DNA of 64,000 bases from positions 1 through 64,000 of the forward strand of contig NIVC01002959.1 of NCBI GenBank assembly GCA_002269645.1. The letters are read 5' to 3'. The DNA comes from Macrostomum lignano (taxonomy: Eukaryota). A program made the translations under genes and the position numbers. The notes beneath the pieces were generated by a model. That model was not told the origin of the DNA. It did no database searches and was given only the letters and a program-made list of their open reading frames with translations. Below, piece by piece: positions 1-12,800 of this stretch. Each line of letters starts with the position of its first letter. The stretch's first letter is position 1.

Positions 1-174
1 TGCGCTCATCTGGAGTGTCGCCGGCCAGGTTGATTTTCGATATCTGCATGTTATGGCGATAACGTTTTTCTCTTATCGTACGAGCGTACACGCAGAGATG
101 AGATTCCAATCCGATTCCAAACAAAAGCTAAGACTCAAACTAGCAATCTAGTGCCCCCCTTCGGGGCGCGCATA
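1..174 (-). mobile_element. Probable terminus of a non-autonomous Helentron/DINE-1-like (HINE) element running off the window start
   Basis: Minus strand begins TTATGCGCGCCCCGAAGGGGGGCACTAGATTGCTAG, i.e. a TT end followed immediately by a GC-rich hairpin, the layout of DINE-1/HINE 5' ends. Other end not in the window; classification is by pattern only. Confidence 0.3.
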
Positions 175-896
175 AGCAAGGAGAAAAAATGATTCATGCA
201 AATCCATTAAAGAGGACATTTTCTTAAGAATCAATTCCTTCTTCAGTTTTAAAAATCACCTTATTCGAGTAAACTTGTCATGGACAAAAAGACAACATAA
301 AAAAGCCTTCACTAAGATAACAGGCATTCTCCCTAAATAAGGAGACAATAGAATCAATCGGAAGATTCGCGCAGTTAATCATGATAACTTTAAACCTATT
401 CTTGTATTCTTGCAATTCTATGAATTCATCGAATTCTGGTGCCTACGCTGCTCTTAACTGCTCTTACAGACTTTAAGCTGCGCACTTGTTTGCTTATGTC
501 CATGGTATTTTATTACAATTGCATTTGTACACCTTTTACTCTGGTGTTGTCTACGGTACGATTCAATGCAAACTGCATATTACACAACTACTTAGTGGAC
601 ATTTCTCTATCAAGGAATTGTGTTATAAGATAACAGGCAATTGTGTCCAAAGATTCCGTCTGTGGTCGCCACTTTTGAGAGTGCAGGTAAAGTCTCTCAA
701 TCTTTGCGAGTGACGCAACTTAGCTACGCCGCGGCAGACTTGAGTTGAGGAATGAAGTGGGGGGAGAGGTATGCGAAGGGTTGGATAGATTAAAGCTACC
801 CCGATCAGTTTATTTGATTTATTTTTTATTAGAGACATGAGGCTTTTTGCATCTTGGCGCATTTCAAGCGACATTGTCACACTACCGATGAGAGGC

Positions 897-1050
897 ATCC
901 CTGCCCATTCCGCTGACTGCCGTGGGGCTGGCCCTCAAGAGCATTAATTGCACGAGCAGAGCCAAGCCAAGATTCCAATGTGACTGCATTAGGAATCGAG
1001 CCTGGGCCACTGGCACATATGCCACGCAAGCCTCCCACTTCCAACAATAT
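897..1050 (-). mobile_element. Degenerate tRNA-derived SINE-like sequence
   Basis: Minus strand has a B-box-like GGCTCGATTCC (~995-1005) downstream of a weak A-box-like segment; no cloverleaf or CCA end. Confidence 0.35.
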
Positions 1051-1224
1051 GCGTCTTCCCCTGTTGGGAGGCAACAATTTAAGAAAGCACTAATTATTGA
1101 ATCAGCTACATTTTGGTTTTGACCATTTAGGTTGCTATTGGTAGTATCCTCAGAAAACTAATGTACATTTCTAGAGCAAAGCATCAGCTCTAAAATTCAG
1201 CTATGGAGTCGTAGATGTCAGCAT

Positions 1225-1476
1225 TACCAGTGAGCTTTGGCATCAAAGTCTATGAAGTCTTAACAGCTGAAGGACTGGAGGGGGTCTTTGTCCAGGGGTC
1301 CAGGACACACCCTCAATTACCCCAGCTAATGCTGGCACCCATTTTACAGCTAGGTGAACTGAAGCAATGCAGAGTTATGTCTCTTGCTCAAGGCTACAAA
1401 TTGTTCCGAGTGGGTCAAGAATCGAACCCCCAACCTTGTAGTCGTAAGTCAGACGCTCTGACCAATAGTCTACAAC
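1225..1476 (-). mobile_element. tRNA-derived SINE with CORE-like central domain (copy 1)
   Basis: Reverse complement aligns with 7563-7800: tRNA head with B box GGTTCGATTC, then CCTTGAGCAAGAGACATAACTCTGCATTGCTTCAGTTCACCTAGCTGTAAAATGGGTGCCAGCATTAGCTGGGG. Confidence 0.75.
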
Positions 1477-1864
1477 ACGTTAAGAGCTGACCAAGGACTA
1501 CTAAAGTATACTAGACAAGTACACTACATTCACAGTATCATCCAAAATTTACAATACGAGCGTATGCATGAATTTTTGTTTCACTTTCTGATTTGCAAGT
1601 TTACCAAGGTAAAATCTTGGAAACAATTGAATGTATTGAAGTCCGGCAACCTGCACAGGCCCTCCAGGGCAATCTGTACGATTTAAAGGTTCAGCTCTTT
1701 CGTGTCACTATGGTTAATTCTTACAGAAATTTGTTACGCTCGGATTGAAACAACTCGGCAAAGCGATTGCTTGCTTTTTTATATCGGTAGATATGGCAGT
1801 GCTCTACTTACAGTAGCACGGAAATGTTAAGTTTTACTCCCAGGAAACGTATGGTGAAGATATG

Positions 1865-3030
<1,166 letters not shown>

Positions 3031-3039
3031 ATTATGTAT

Positions 3040-3362
3040 TTGTAGACTTGTAGACTTGAGAGATGTGCTTTAATGCATTGCTCTAGCGGTTGACAGAGTT
3101 GGCAGATAAAGATTGCATTGACCCCTGACTCGAAAAATTTTAGTTTGAAATATGATTCCAAGTGTGGCCAAGGATGCAGACGTTGCCCTTGCACTTGCTG
3201 TTGTTGATTGACAACTTCAACTTGAGCTTCATTGCCCTCGTCCTCAAGTTCCTCAACATCAATAAAAATAGCACCAGCAGCAGCAGCAGTTGATTCACTA
3301 TCACCTTCACGGGCAGTCCATTGTTGAGCTCTTATTGCACTGAAATTTTCCTCAAGAAAAGC
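3040..3362 (-). pseudogene. Fragment resembling the N-terminal BED-type zinc finger region of a hAT transposase
   Basis: Open frame 3362->3040 reads ...EDEGNEAQVEVVNQQQQVQGQRLHPWPHLESYFKLKFFESGVNAIFICQLCQPLEQCIKAHLSS; the HPWPxL..F..CxLCxP..I.A..SS pattern matches hAT N-termini I recall. No start codon and no DDE domain; frame runs into the microsatellite. Confidence 0.45.
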
Positions 3363-4479
3363 TCAAACTACTCTAGAGGCTGTCTTTGACGAGAAAAAAC
3401 CTGTCACTCAGAGATCTGCTCAGCCGTTTCGGTTAAAGTCATTTTACCCCAGAGAAATTCTCAAGAATTCTCATGAATGCTGTCTTGCATCGAGCGATAA
3501 ACCTCTCCAAAGAATTTCTGTCCGGATCAAAGCAACTTGGCAGAATCGAATGCCTTTTGAGACAGGAGCTTAAGAAATAGAAAAGATCCATTCTGGACTT
3601 CCATCCATAACAATCGATTATTGCAGTCATGCACCCAACAAAAAGCAACCGTTTTGAGTGCTCCAACATGGGTTTTGGACTCGCCAAACTCCCCTATCTT
3701 TGTGGTTGCGCGTAAATTGAAAAACTATAGCTACAAGCTAGCTGGGAAATTTATGATGCGGCAGGCCAGGGTTGCTGACAGTCAAAATTTCAGAAACCAG
3801 CCGCGTTACGAGGTGTCCTATGTGTGTACTTTTCCGTTACCTGCGAAAAAAATGTAGCAAAAGAGAAGCCACAATAGAAAAAGCGTGGGTGTTTTTTAGC
3901 AGCTTGCTTGCGAAAGCAATTTTGCATGCAGCCATCGCCTAAAAGGACTGGAGGGTAAAATCCGGAACAATTAAGGCAGCAGGGAAGTCAGAAGTCAGGA
4001 AGAGAGGCAGTTGTGAATTTACAGTAATGAAAAAGGCAGAAGGTGGATGAAGAGCTGAGGATTCTCTGAAACAATAGAAGCAAGTCTCCAACATCTAAAA
4101 GCAAGCATTTCTTGCACGCATGCAGATGCAGCTTTAAGCAGGAAAACCGTCAGCATTCAAGTTGATTATTGAAGTTTGACAAAAATGCAAGTTACTCGTG
4201 GTTGCCCTGCTGTTGACTTACGACCGAAGTTCGAACAGTTCTGATTTAGCACTGGTACTGAGATGTTTTTTTTCAACAATGAATGAATATACATGGACAC
4301 CATCAGACGATCAGTTCTTCATCTAGGCATTAGCTGGGGTAATTTCACCAAATAGTAAAAGTAATAAAACGAAAATATCTTATAAATTATGGTTTTGAAA
4401 TAAAATGGATGGGAGATATCCGACAGTTAGTTTTTTGTTTTAATTGAGGGTAAATAAAACTGGATTGAATGTTAATAAG

Positions 4480-5075
4480 ACATATTTTTAGAGATTAAAA
4501 GTGAAGAGAGAGAGCAGAGTAAATATCACGGTTCAGCATTTGTTTTACCAGGTAATTGTTCACTTGGAAGCAAATAAAGTATCTTTTTCGAGGTTAAATA
4601 TGCAAAGTAACGTAGCTGTATTTGTAGCTCGTAAGTATTAAATATTTGTTTTAATTTTTCTCTTTAAAAATAAAGCATCGTAAGAAATTAAAAACTAAGA
4701 AGGAACAAGTATATATCTAAAGATTTTCGATTGAAAGCAAATAAAATATCATTTAAGAGGTTAAAAATGAAGAAGAAACAGTAAATATTACCGCTATGCA
4801 TTTGTCTTAATTATTCACTAAAAGAAAAAAAGTATCTTTTTAGAGGTTTAAAACGAACAAGTAAATTTATCATACGGTTAAGCCTTTGTTTTAATTATTA
4901 ACTTGAAAAGTCAATAAAGCATCTTCTAGAGAGGTTAAACAAGAAAAGGATCATTCTATCACTTTTAATAGTATTTCGTCTAATTATAATCTTAAAATCT
5001 TAATAAAATATCCTTTTAGAGGTAAAAAATGAAAAAAGAAAAATTACTCCACGGTTAAGACTTTGTTTTACTGAT
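4480..5075. repeat. Old degenerate AT-rich tandem repeat, unit ~85-90 bp
   Basis: Motif AAATAAAGTATCTTTT-AGAGGTTAAAA...CACGGTTAAG.TTTGTTTTA recurs at about 4490, 4590, 4756, 4841, 4930 and 5017. Confidence 0.55.
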
Positions 5076-5389
5076 TGTTGAAGAAACGTGGCCTAAAAAT
5101 AGCTAAGATGATTTCTCATCGAATCGATAGAAAAGAGTGGAATAGAAATTTTTCGGCCGGTCTAGCTGAGTAATCAACGGTTAAAATTGTGAAAAAAACT
5201 TTTAAAAGAGATTCTTTATTATTGTTTGTAATAGTCTGGTTTTCCAGTCGGGGTACAGATTGTGAAGTTTAAAAATAAAGCATTTTGCTTTCCAAGGCTA
5301 TTGTATTTGATTGCTTGACCAAGTTGCTCCAAGTTGCTTCCGTCAACCGGTAGTAATCGTCAGCTTAGCTTGTTGATGTTGAATTCGGC

Positions 5390-6110
5390 TCAGCCGCGCA
5401 CGAAGAAGTCTCCATCGATGCTGCTCAGACTCGATGGCGGGTAGGCGAACCTCAGCAGGTGGCACAGGCGCTGCTGCTTAGAGAAGATCACGGCCTGGCA
5501 CAGGCTGTTGGACAGGCAGAAGCTCATGCACTCAATATCGGTTCGGGCGGCGCTGCTCCAGGATGTCAGTCCATTCGATACAACAGTCAGAGAAGTTGTC
5601 ACTTCTTCAAGAAAAAAATTGTCTGAAATAGGCGGTTTGATTGGCAGTGGTTTTTTATTTTAGCAGCGAAGTTCCATTTACCGTTTCAATCGCAGTTTAC
5701 TAACTGAGGTAAGTCAGAGCGAACACAGAATTGCGCCACGATCCTCCACATTTCTGAGCCGCATTTCCTGAGCAGGTGGATCCGCAGTTGCTTTCAGCAA
5801 CGGCTCCGTGGGATCCGTAGGAGTTGCCGCAGAAGCACTGCACACCGGCCTGGACGCCAAAGTACGCGAATCCGCCGAGCGAGCAGACATCGGCGCAGTA
5901 CTCACGCGACATGGCGGTGCTGTTTGAGGCGGTCGAGCTGCCAACGCCAAACGGCCCAATTCTGCTGACTCCATAGAGGCCGTTTAAATCTCTAGGCGAG
6001 CCATCAACAAAGCAACCCAGGTACGCAAACTCGACCGCTCTACCAGCTGCAGAGTGTAGAAAGGCGCACAGAATCGCACAGGTGATGAGAGCGAGCATCT
6101 TACACTGCAT
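5390..6110 (-). CDS. Secreted WSC-domain protein with C-terminal PAN/Apple-like module, 212 aa; join(6110..5705, 5622..5390)
   Basis: Hydrophobic signal peptide (MLALITCAILCAFLHSAAG); full WSC Cys pattern (YLGCF.D..R.L...CADVC...YFGVQAGVQCFCG...C...CSG....CGG...SVF). 82-nt phase-1 intron 5704-5623 (GTTAGT...TTTCAG) joins in frame to ORF 5390-5602 (ECMSFCLSNSLCQAVIFSKQQRLCHLL). AATAAA at 5220-5215. Confidence 0.9.
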
Positions 6111-6162
6111 GTTGCCAAGCTGTGCAGAAAGGAGTGACTCTCCCGTCTCTTCTGCATTTGAA

Positions 6163-6169
6163 TTTTATA
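6163..6169 (-). promoter_or_regulatory. Candidate TATA box of the WSC gene
   Basis: TATAAAA on the minus strand ~53 nt upstream of the ATG at 6110. Confidence 0.4.
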
Positions 6170-6728
6170 GACAGCTGAGCCAAGAAGACCTTGAACCATA
6201 GTCTGAAGTGCTCAAAATTCAAGGCTAGCTCATAAGTCATAGGCTAACTGCTTAAAAACCAATGAGTTCTACTCAAATAAGGAGATTGTGTTTAGCTTCA
6301 AGGTGAGATTAAGTTTACAGTGAAAATGGGAAGAGTTATTTCCTCCAAGTTCTAGCTCTGGGTAAACCTTGTCTGCGTTGAGCGCCGCTGCATTTCTGTC
6401 AGTTCTTCCTCATTTCTATATCAGTCTATTGATTGTGAAATACAATGGCTGAGACGGTTTAAAAATTTCATGATGCATATTTCTTCTAGTCCAAAGTCTT
6501 GCGTCTCGCTCTGCAACCAATTCTCAGCTACTTTAATGAGTAGACTTTCAGTTGATGTGTTGTCCTGGATTTGAGAATCTTGTTCACTTTTTTACAGAAA
6601 GGACGCCTTTTACGAATTAGAATTCCTTGGTTTGTCTCGTAAGCAAGCGCCGGGTTGTTGCAGCTGCTGCAGTCAGGACTCTTTACCATAGACGAGCTTA
6701 AATGCAACACTATTATTTCGACACACTT

Positions 6729-6735
6729 TATAAAA
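6729..6735 (+). promoter_or_regulatory. Candidate TATA box of the PKA-R-like gene
   Basis: TATAAAA ~104 nt upstream of the ATG at 6839. Confidence 0.35.
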
Positions 6736-6838
6736 GCGACACTTTTTAATCAATAATAACATATTTAACGAATAAATACCTGCTGCACAAGAATTGAAGT
6801 AAAAAGTACTTTTTCTCTCTCTCAAGCACTGCGCGGCC

Positions 6839-9800
6839 ATGTCAAAGCAGGGACAGAAGAGGCCGGCTGCGAACCGACGCAATGACAGAGCTCTTCCAGA
6901 CCGTGACGCGCGTCAGCTGATCAGCCACCACAGCACCGAGGCGGTTGCCAAGCCTCCGCTGGAGATGCACCAGACGCAGTTTGTTGTGGACTCCGAGCAG
7001 GACGACTCGTTCCTGCCACCGCCGGCCACTGAGGAGTCCTTTAACCTCAAACCAAAAAATGAGAGCATCATGTTTTCGGCATTCGATGTGGACGATTTGC
7101 AGGAGAAAGACTTTGCTGACGTAGGCCAGGACACGAGCAAAAGTGCTGAAGAGATTGAGAAGCTTTTGGGCGAAATCCGCGGAGTGGCGCTGTTTGATGG
7201 ATACGACGATGACGAACTGCTCGTAAGTGAGCTCTCGTGGCCTTCTTGAACCTGTTTGAGGGATGAAATAGTTGCAGTTTTGATAGCATCATAATTTCGT
7301 CTTTATATGGTGATTGTTGATGGCGCAGATTTCAAATTTAAGCTTTATTTTTTGTAGCTTCAACCTAACTCTGAGTCTATGTGTAGCTTACGAGCTAAAG
7401 CCAAACACCGGGGCATGTGAAATGAGGAGTTTTAGGTAGGGCGATTATTCACGACGATGGATTACCATATTTACCTAAACTTGAATATAGGTTTGGTGAC
7501 TTAGCTAAGATTAGGTAGTAGATTAATTCATGAAGTATAGATTGCCTTGAAATTTGAAATTAGGTTGTAGCCTAGTAGTTAGAGCATCGGACACACGACT
7601 TGATGGCCGGGGGTTTGATTCCCGATCCCACTGTAACAATTTGTGTCCTTGAGCAAGACACTTAACTCTGCATTGCTTCAGTTCACCCAGCTGTAAAATG
7701 AGTGCCAGCATTAGCTGGGGTAATTCAGGGTGTGTGTGGCGACCCCCCCCCCCGAAGTCCTTCGACTAAACCTTCAGAAACCTTCAGCAGCCTTCAGATG
7801 CGCCGCGCAATAGCTGCGGCTGAGCTATGTCAGTTGCACATTTGGCCCAACTGGGGCGGGTGTAATCAGTTATTATTATTATCATTACTCATTATTTATA
7901 TTGGAAACTATTTGTTTTGAATTCTCATTGACAGCATGACAGCATAGGGGATTAACAAATTGAGGTCTTATCACCACTGAAGGTCTGAGTGTTTGACGAA
8001 AGTTTCGGAAAAATCTCAAAATTTAAATCATTTTACAGCCAGTTCAAGAAGGCTCTTGGGTTTGCACTTTAGCCTTGCTTGCTATATAAAAACGAGGCCA
8101 ACTCCTCCGTTGGCGGAGTAAGGGGAAGAACTCCCATCGCCAGAATTTCATTTTCTGAAATCCATCAGCTGAATCCAATGACACGAATCCCATCGTCCAA
8201 ATCCTCTCCAAATCCTCTATTAAGCTCCCAAAAACCATGTTGTTTTACCTGTTTGCAAAAACTGACTGCCTGCCATCATCCAGACTGACTCTCGCCTGTC
8301 TCCTCTCTCCTCTTTGCTCTATCATCTCTAATCTCTCCTATCTCCTCTCTGCTCTCATCTCCTCGCTTATCTATCATTTCTCATCTCATCTCTCATCTCT
8401 CATCTCTACTCTCTTATCTCTCCTCTCTGCGTTCTCATATTTACTCTCTTCTTTCTCCTCACTACTTTCTCCTCTCTACTTTTTCCTCTCTCCTCTTTTA
8501 TCTCTTCTCTCTTCTCTCTTCTCTCTTCTCTCCTTTATCTCCTCTCTGCTCACTCATCTCTCTACTTTCTCCCCTCTCCTCTCTCCCTTATAATCTCGCT
8601 TCTCTCTCCTCTCTCTCCCCTCATCTCTACTCATTTATCTCTTCTCTCTCGTCTTTCGGCTCTACTCCCTCCTAGGGATTCCAAAATCCCGACATTTTAC
8701 AATCCCGGGATTGAATAGTCCCGAAATCCCGATGCTGTTGAAATCCCGGGATTCAAAATCCCGGAATCCCGGTGCTTTTGCAATCCCGGGATTAAAAATC
8801 CCGGGATTCGATTCCCAAAAAAATCCCGGGATTCAAATCCCGGATTTTTGGCCCCAATCCCGGGATCCCGGGATCCCGGGATTGGAATCCCTAATTGCTA
8901 GACGGACTGTGCGGCGTGCCGCGTGCAGTAGTCATGGTCTCGCGACACTCAGAGTCTCAGGGCCTTTTCATATTACCAATTCCAGAACCAGAATCGGTTC
9001 GGAACTCGAAGAAAAACAGCAGTATAACTATTAAACTCTGTTAATATTTGACTACCTTAACAGCCTCACTTTGCACGATTTTTCACTTTCTTCTTGGCGA
9101 CTGTCATTCAATAATAAAAACTTTATAGCACGTATCTCCCTCTAGTTATGGAGACAAAAAGTTATACTTCACAAATTGGTTCTTGTTCTGGAACCAGAGC
9201 AAGCAATATGAAAAGGCCCTCAGTCTCGTCTCGTGTAGAAAACGAAAAAAAGTTAAAATTATCTATCATTTACAGTTCACATTAACAATTTTTAGCTCAA
9301 TTAGGACAGGAGCTTTGCAAATGTGTAACGTTTCATTGAGAAACAGCAAAAACAAATAATTTTTTTATTATTCAAATAAACGTTTAGACTTTAAATTATC
9401 TAATTTAGGCATTGAAAGGTTGTTCTAATCCCGGACCAATCCCGGGATTAAGGTCTTGAAATCCCGGGATCCCGATCCCGGTCTTTTGCAATCCCGGGAT
9501 TAAAAATCCCGGGATTCGATTCCCAAAAAAATCCCGGGATTCAAATCCCGGATTTTTGGCCCCAATCCCGGGATCCCGGGATCCCGGGATCCCGGGATTG
9601 GAATCCCTACTCCCTCCTGTCTCCTCTTTCTCCTCTCTTACCCCCCTCTCCTCTCTCCTCCTAATTCCCTCATCTCTTCTCTCGCCTTTATTCTCTTTTT
9701 TTCTTTTCTCTAATCTGTCCCTTTTAATTCTCTCTGTTTATGTTCTCTTTCATCTAATCTTTTATCTTCTCTTTCCTTTTCTCTTTTCTCTATTCCATTT

Positions 9801-12800
9801 CATTTAGCCATTTCATCCTCTCCATGAAACAGATATCATCAAAATCCTCTCCGTTAAACTGCAATCCATCAATTTAAAAAATATTATCTCTATCAAATTT
9901 CAGTCAATCAAGACTATGAAACTGAAGTTTATAAAAATATGCTTTTTACTTGTCTGGGTATACGTCAAAAAGTCTTCCAAATCTTCCAAATCCTCCATAA
10001 AACCTCTGAAATATCATAGCAAGTTTTCTCTTCTCGCTTCTCTCTCTCTCTCCATTCTTCTCTCTTATCTCTTCTCTCCTGTCTTCTCTCAATTCTCTCT
10101 TATCTCTCCTCTTCTCTCTCGTCTCTTATCTCTAGTCGCTTATCTATCGCCTCTCCTCTACCCTGTCCTCTCTCTCTCTTCTCTTTTCTCTATCGTCTCT
10201 CCTCTCTGCTCTCATTTCTCATACTCCTATTTTCTCTCTTACCCTCTCCTTTTTCATCTGTCATCTTTCCCCTCTCCTCTCTACCGTTTCCTGTCTCATC
10301 TCTCCTCTCTCTTCTCTCTCCTCTGTACTCTCTTATCCCTCCTCTCTCCTCCCATCTTTCCTCCCTCCTCTGCTCTCTCATTTTTCCTCTCTCCCCCTCT
10401 AAATTCTCTTCTCTTCTCTCTCCCTCTTCATCATTCCCGCCTCACTCCCTCTGTCGTCTTTAATCTTTCATCTCTCATATCTACTGTCTTTTCTATCATG
10501 TTTCTATCCTCTCTTCTCCTTGAAATCTCTCTTCTCTCTACTCTCTTATCTGACGGACTGAAAGCGCCGATAATCAAACCAATTGAAATTTGTCACCCGC
10601 CTCCTCCATTACGGAAATTACACAAATGATAGCTGGCTTGAATTTCTGTACGCAACCCCCCCCCCCAACTACAATCTTGGCAGAAAGTTTAAAAGTATGG
10701 AAATCGTTTTTTCAATGCTGTGCTTTTTGTTTTCATATTTAAAGCAAATAACTTATATCCCCAAACTCAGCGTTGCAAGATCTTTCCAGCAATATAATTC
10801 TCTCCTCTTAAAGCTTAAAACTCAAGGAACAGTTAGCCTTTGAACTTCCTGATTTAAAGCATTGAAGTATCGAGTGTACAGTCACTGCCTCCTACAGTAA
10901 GAGGCTCGCAAGTTTATTCATTGAATTTCACTGCCCAGCTAATACACAGGGCTGCCTTTTGAAAGACGCCGATCTCGACACAGTCATATCTATCTGCTTA
11001 CAATGTACTTTGCTATGTACACTCAGCCCAAACCAACCCCCCCCTATTCCGGGGAATCATAAAATTTTACTGCACCCCCAACACGCGGGGTTTTATTAGC
11101 ATTGAACCCAGAACACGCGTCACCCACCCCTCCAATACACAGCGACCTGCGGGGGAGGTTGGGGTGGTTGTTTTTACAATTATGCCACTACCCCTCCACT
11201 GAAGAGGCAAAGTGGCCAAAGAAGGTTAAGAAAACAGTTTTCTGCTTTTTTAACGGACTTAACTTTTAATTTTTTAACATTAAAATAGCCTATTTGTTGC
11301 GTAGGAAAATTCTGCATTGATATATATAAGTCCCGCATTTGAGTTGCCAGCCGTCTAGGAGGAGATACGCGTTAAACCCGGCCGGTCGATCGATCCACTC
11401 AGCTTTAGATATTACACGAGGCCAACTCCTCCGTTGGCGGAGTAAGGGGAAGAACTCCCATCGCCAGAATTTCATTTTCTGAAATCCATCAGCTGAATCC
11501 AATGACACGAATCCCATCGTCCAAATCCTCTCCAAATCCTCTATTAAGCTCCCAAAAACCATGTTGTTTTACCTGTTTGCAAAAACTGACTGCCTGCCAT
11601 CATCCAGACTGACTCTCGCCTGTCTCCTCTCTCCTCTTTGCTCTATCATCTCTAATCTCTCCTATCTCCTCTCTGCTCTCATCTCCTCGCTTATCTATCA
11701 TTTCTCATCTCATCTCTCATCTCTCATCTCTACTCTCTTATCTCTCCTCTCTGCGTTCTCATATTTACTCTCTTCTTTCTCCTCACTACTTTCTCCTCTC
11801 TACTTTTTCCTCTCTCCTCTTTTATCTCTTCTCTCTTCTCTCTTCTCTCTTCTCTCCTTTATCTCCTCTCTGCTCACTCATCTCTCTACTTTCTCCCCTC
11901 TCCTCTCTCCCTTATAATCTCGCTTCTCTCTCCTCTCTCTCCCCTCATCTCTACTCATTTATCTCTTCTCTCTCGTCTTTCGGCTCTACTCCCTCCTGTC
12001 TCCTCTTTCTCCTCTCTTACCCCCCTCTCCTCTCTCCTCCTAATTCCCTCATCTCTTCTCTCGCCTTTATTCTCTTTTTTTCTTTTCTCTAATCTGTCCC
12101 TTTTAATTCTCTCTGTTTATGTTCTCTTTCATCTAATCTTTTATCTTCTCTTTCCTTTTCTCTTTTCTCTATTCCATTTCATTTAGCCATTTCATCCTCT
12201 CCATGAAACAGATATCATCAAAATCCTCTCCGTTAAACTGCAATCCATCAATTTAAAAAATATTATCTCTATCAAATTTCAGTCAATCAAGACTATGAAA
12301 CTGAAGTTTATAAAAATATGCTTTTTACTTGTCTGGGTATACGTCAAAAAGTCTTCCAAATCTTCCAAATCCTCCATAAAACCTCTGAAATATCATAGCA
12401 AGTTTTCTCTTCTCGCTTCTCTCTCTCTCTCCATTCTTCTCTCTTATCTCTTCTCTCCTGTCTTCTCTCAATTCTCTCTTATCTCTCCTCTTCTCTCTCG
12501 TCTCTTATCTCTAGTCGCTTATCTATCGCCTCTCCTCTACCCTGTCCTCTCTCTCTCTTCTCTTTTCTCTATCGTCTCTCCTCTCTGCTCTCATTTCTCA
12601 TACTCCTATTTTCTCTCTTACCCTCTCCTTTTTCATCTGTCATCTTTCCCCTCTCCTCTCTACCGTTTCCTGTCTCATCTCTCCTCTCTCTTCTCTCTCC
12701 TCTGTACTCTCTTATCCCTCCTCTCTCCTCCCATCTTTCCTCCCTCCTCTGCTCTCTCATTTTTCCTCTCTCCCCCCTCTAAATTCTCTTCTCTTCTCTC

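Larger units (their letters stand above)
8093..11409 (-). mobile_element. Non-autonomous Helitron, copy A (carries a 945-bp insertion)
   Basis: Minus strand starts TCTAAAGCTG and ends with hairpin ACTCCGCC-AAC-GGAGGAGT (8-bp stem, 1 mismatch) followed by TGGCCTCG|T. No TSD. Near-identical to copies B and C. Confidence 0.75.

Noticed and set aside
190-900. Protein-looking minus-strand stretch (APEFDEFIELQEYKNRFKVIMINCANLP...)
   Set aside because: Short, interrupted by stops upstream, AT-rich, and no family recognised; cannot be called without a database search.
7563-7640. Possible tRNA gene (also 1400-1476)
   Set aside because: Only A/B-box remnants, continuing into a shared SINE body and tail; no proper cloverleaf.
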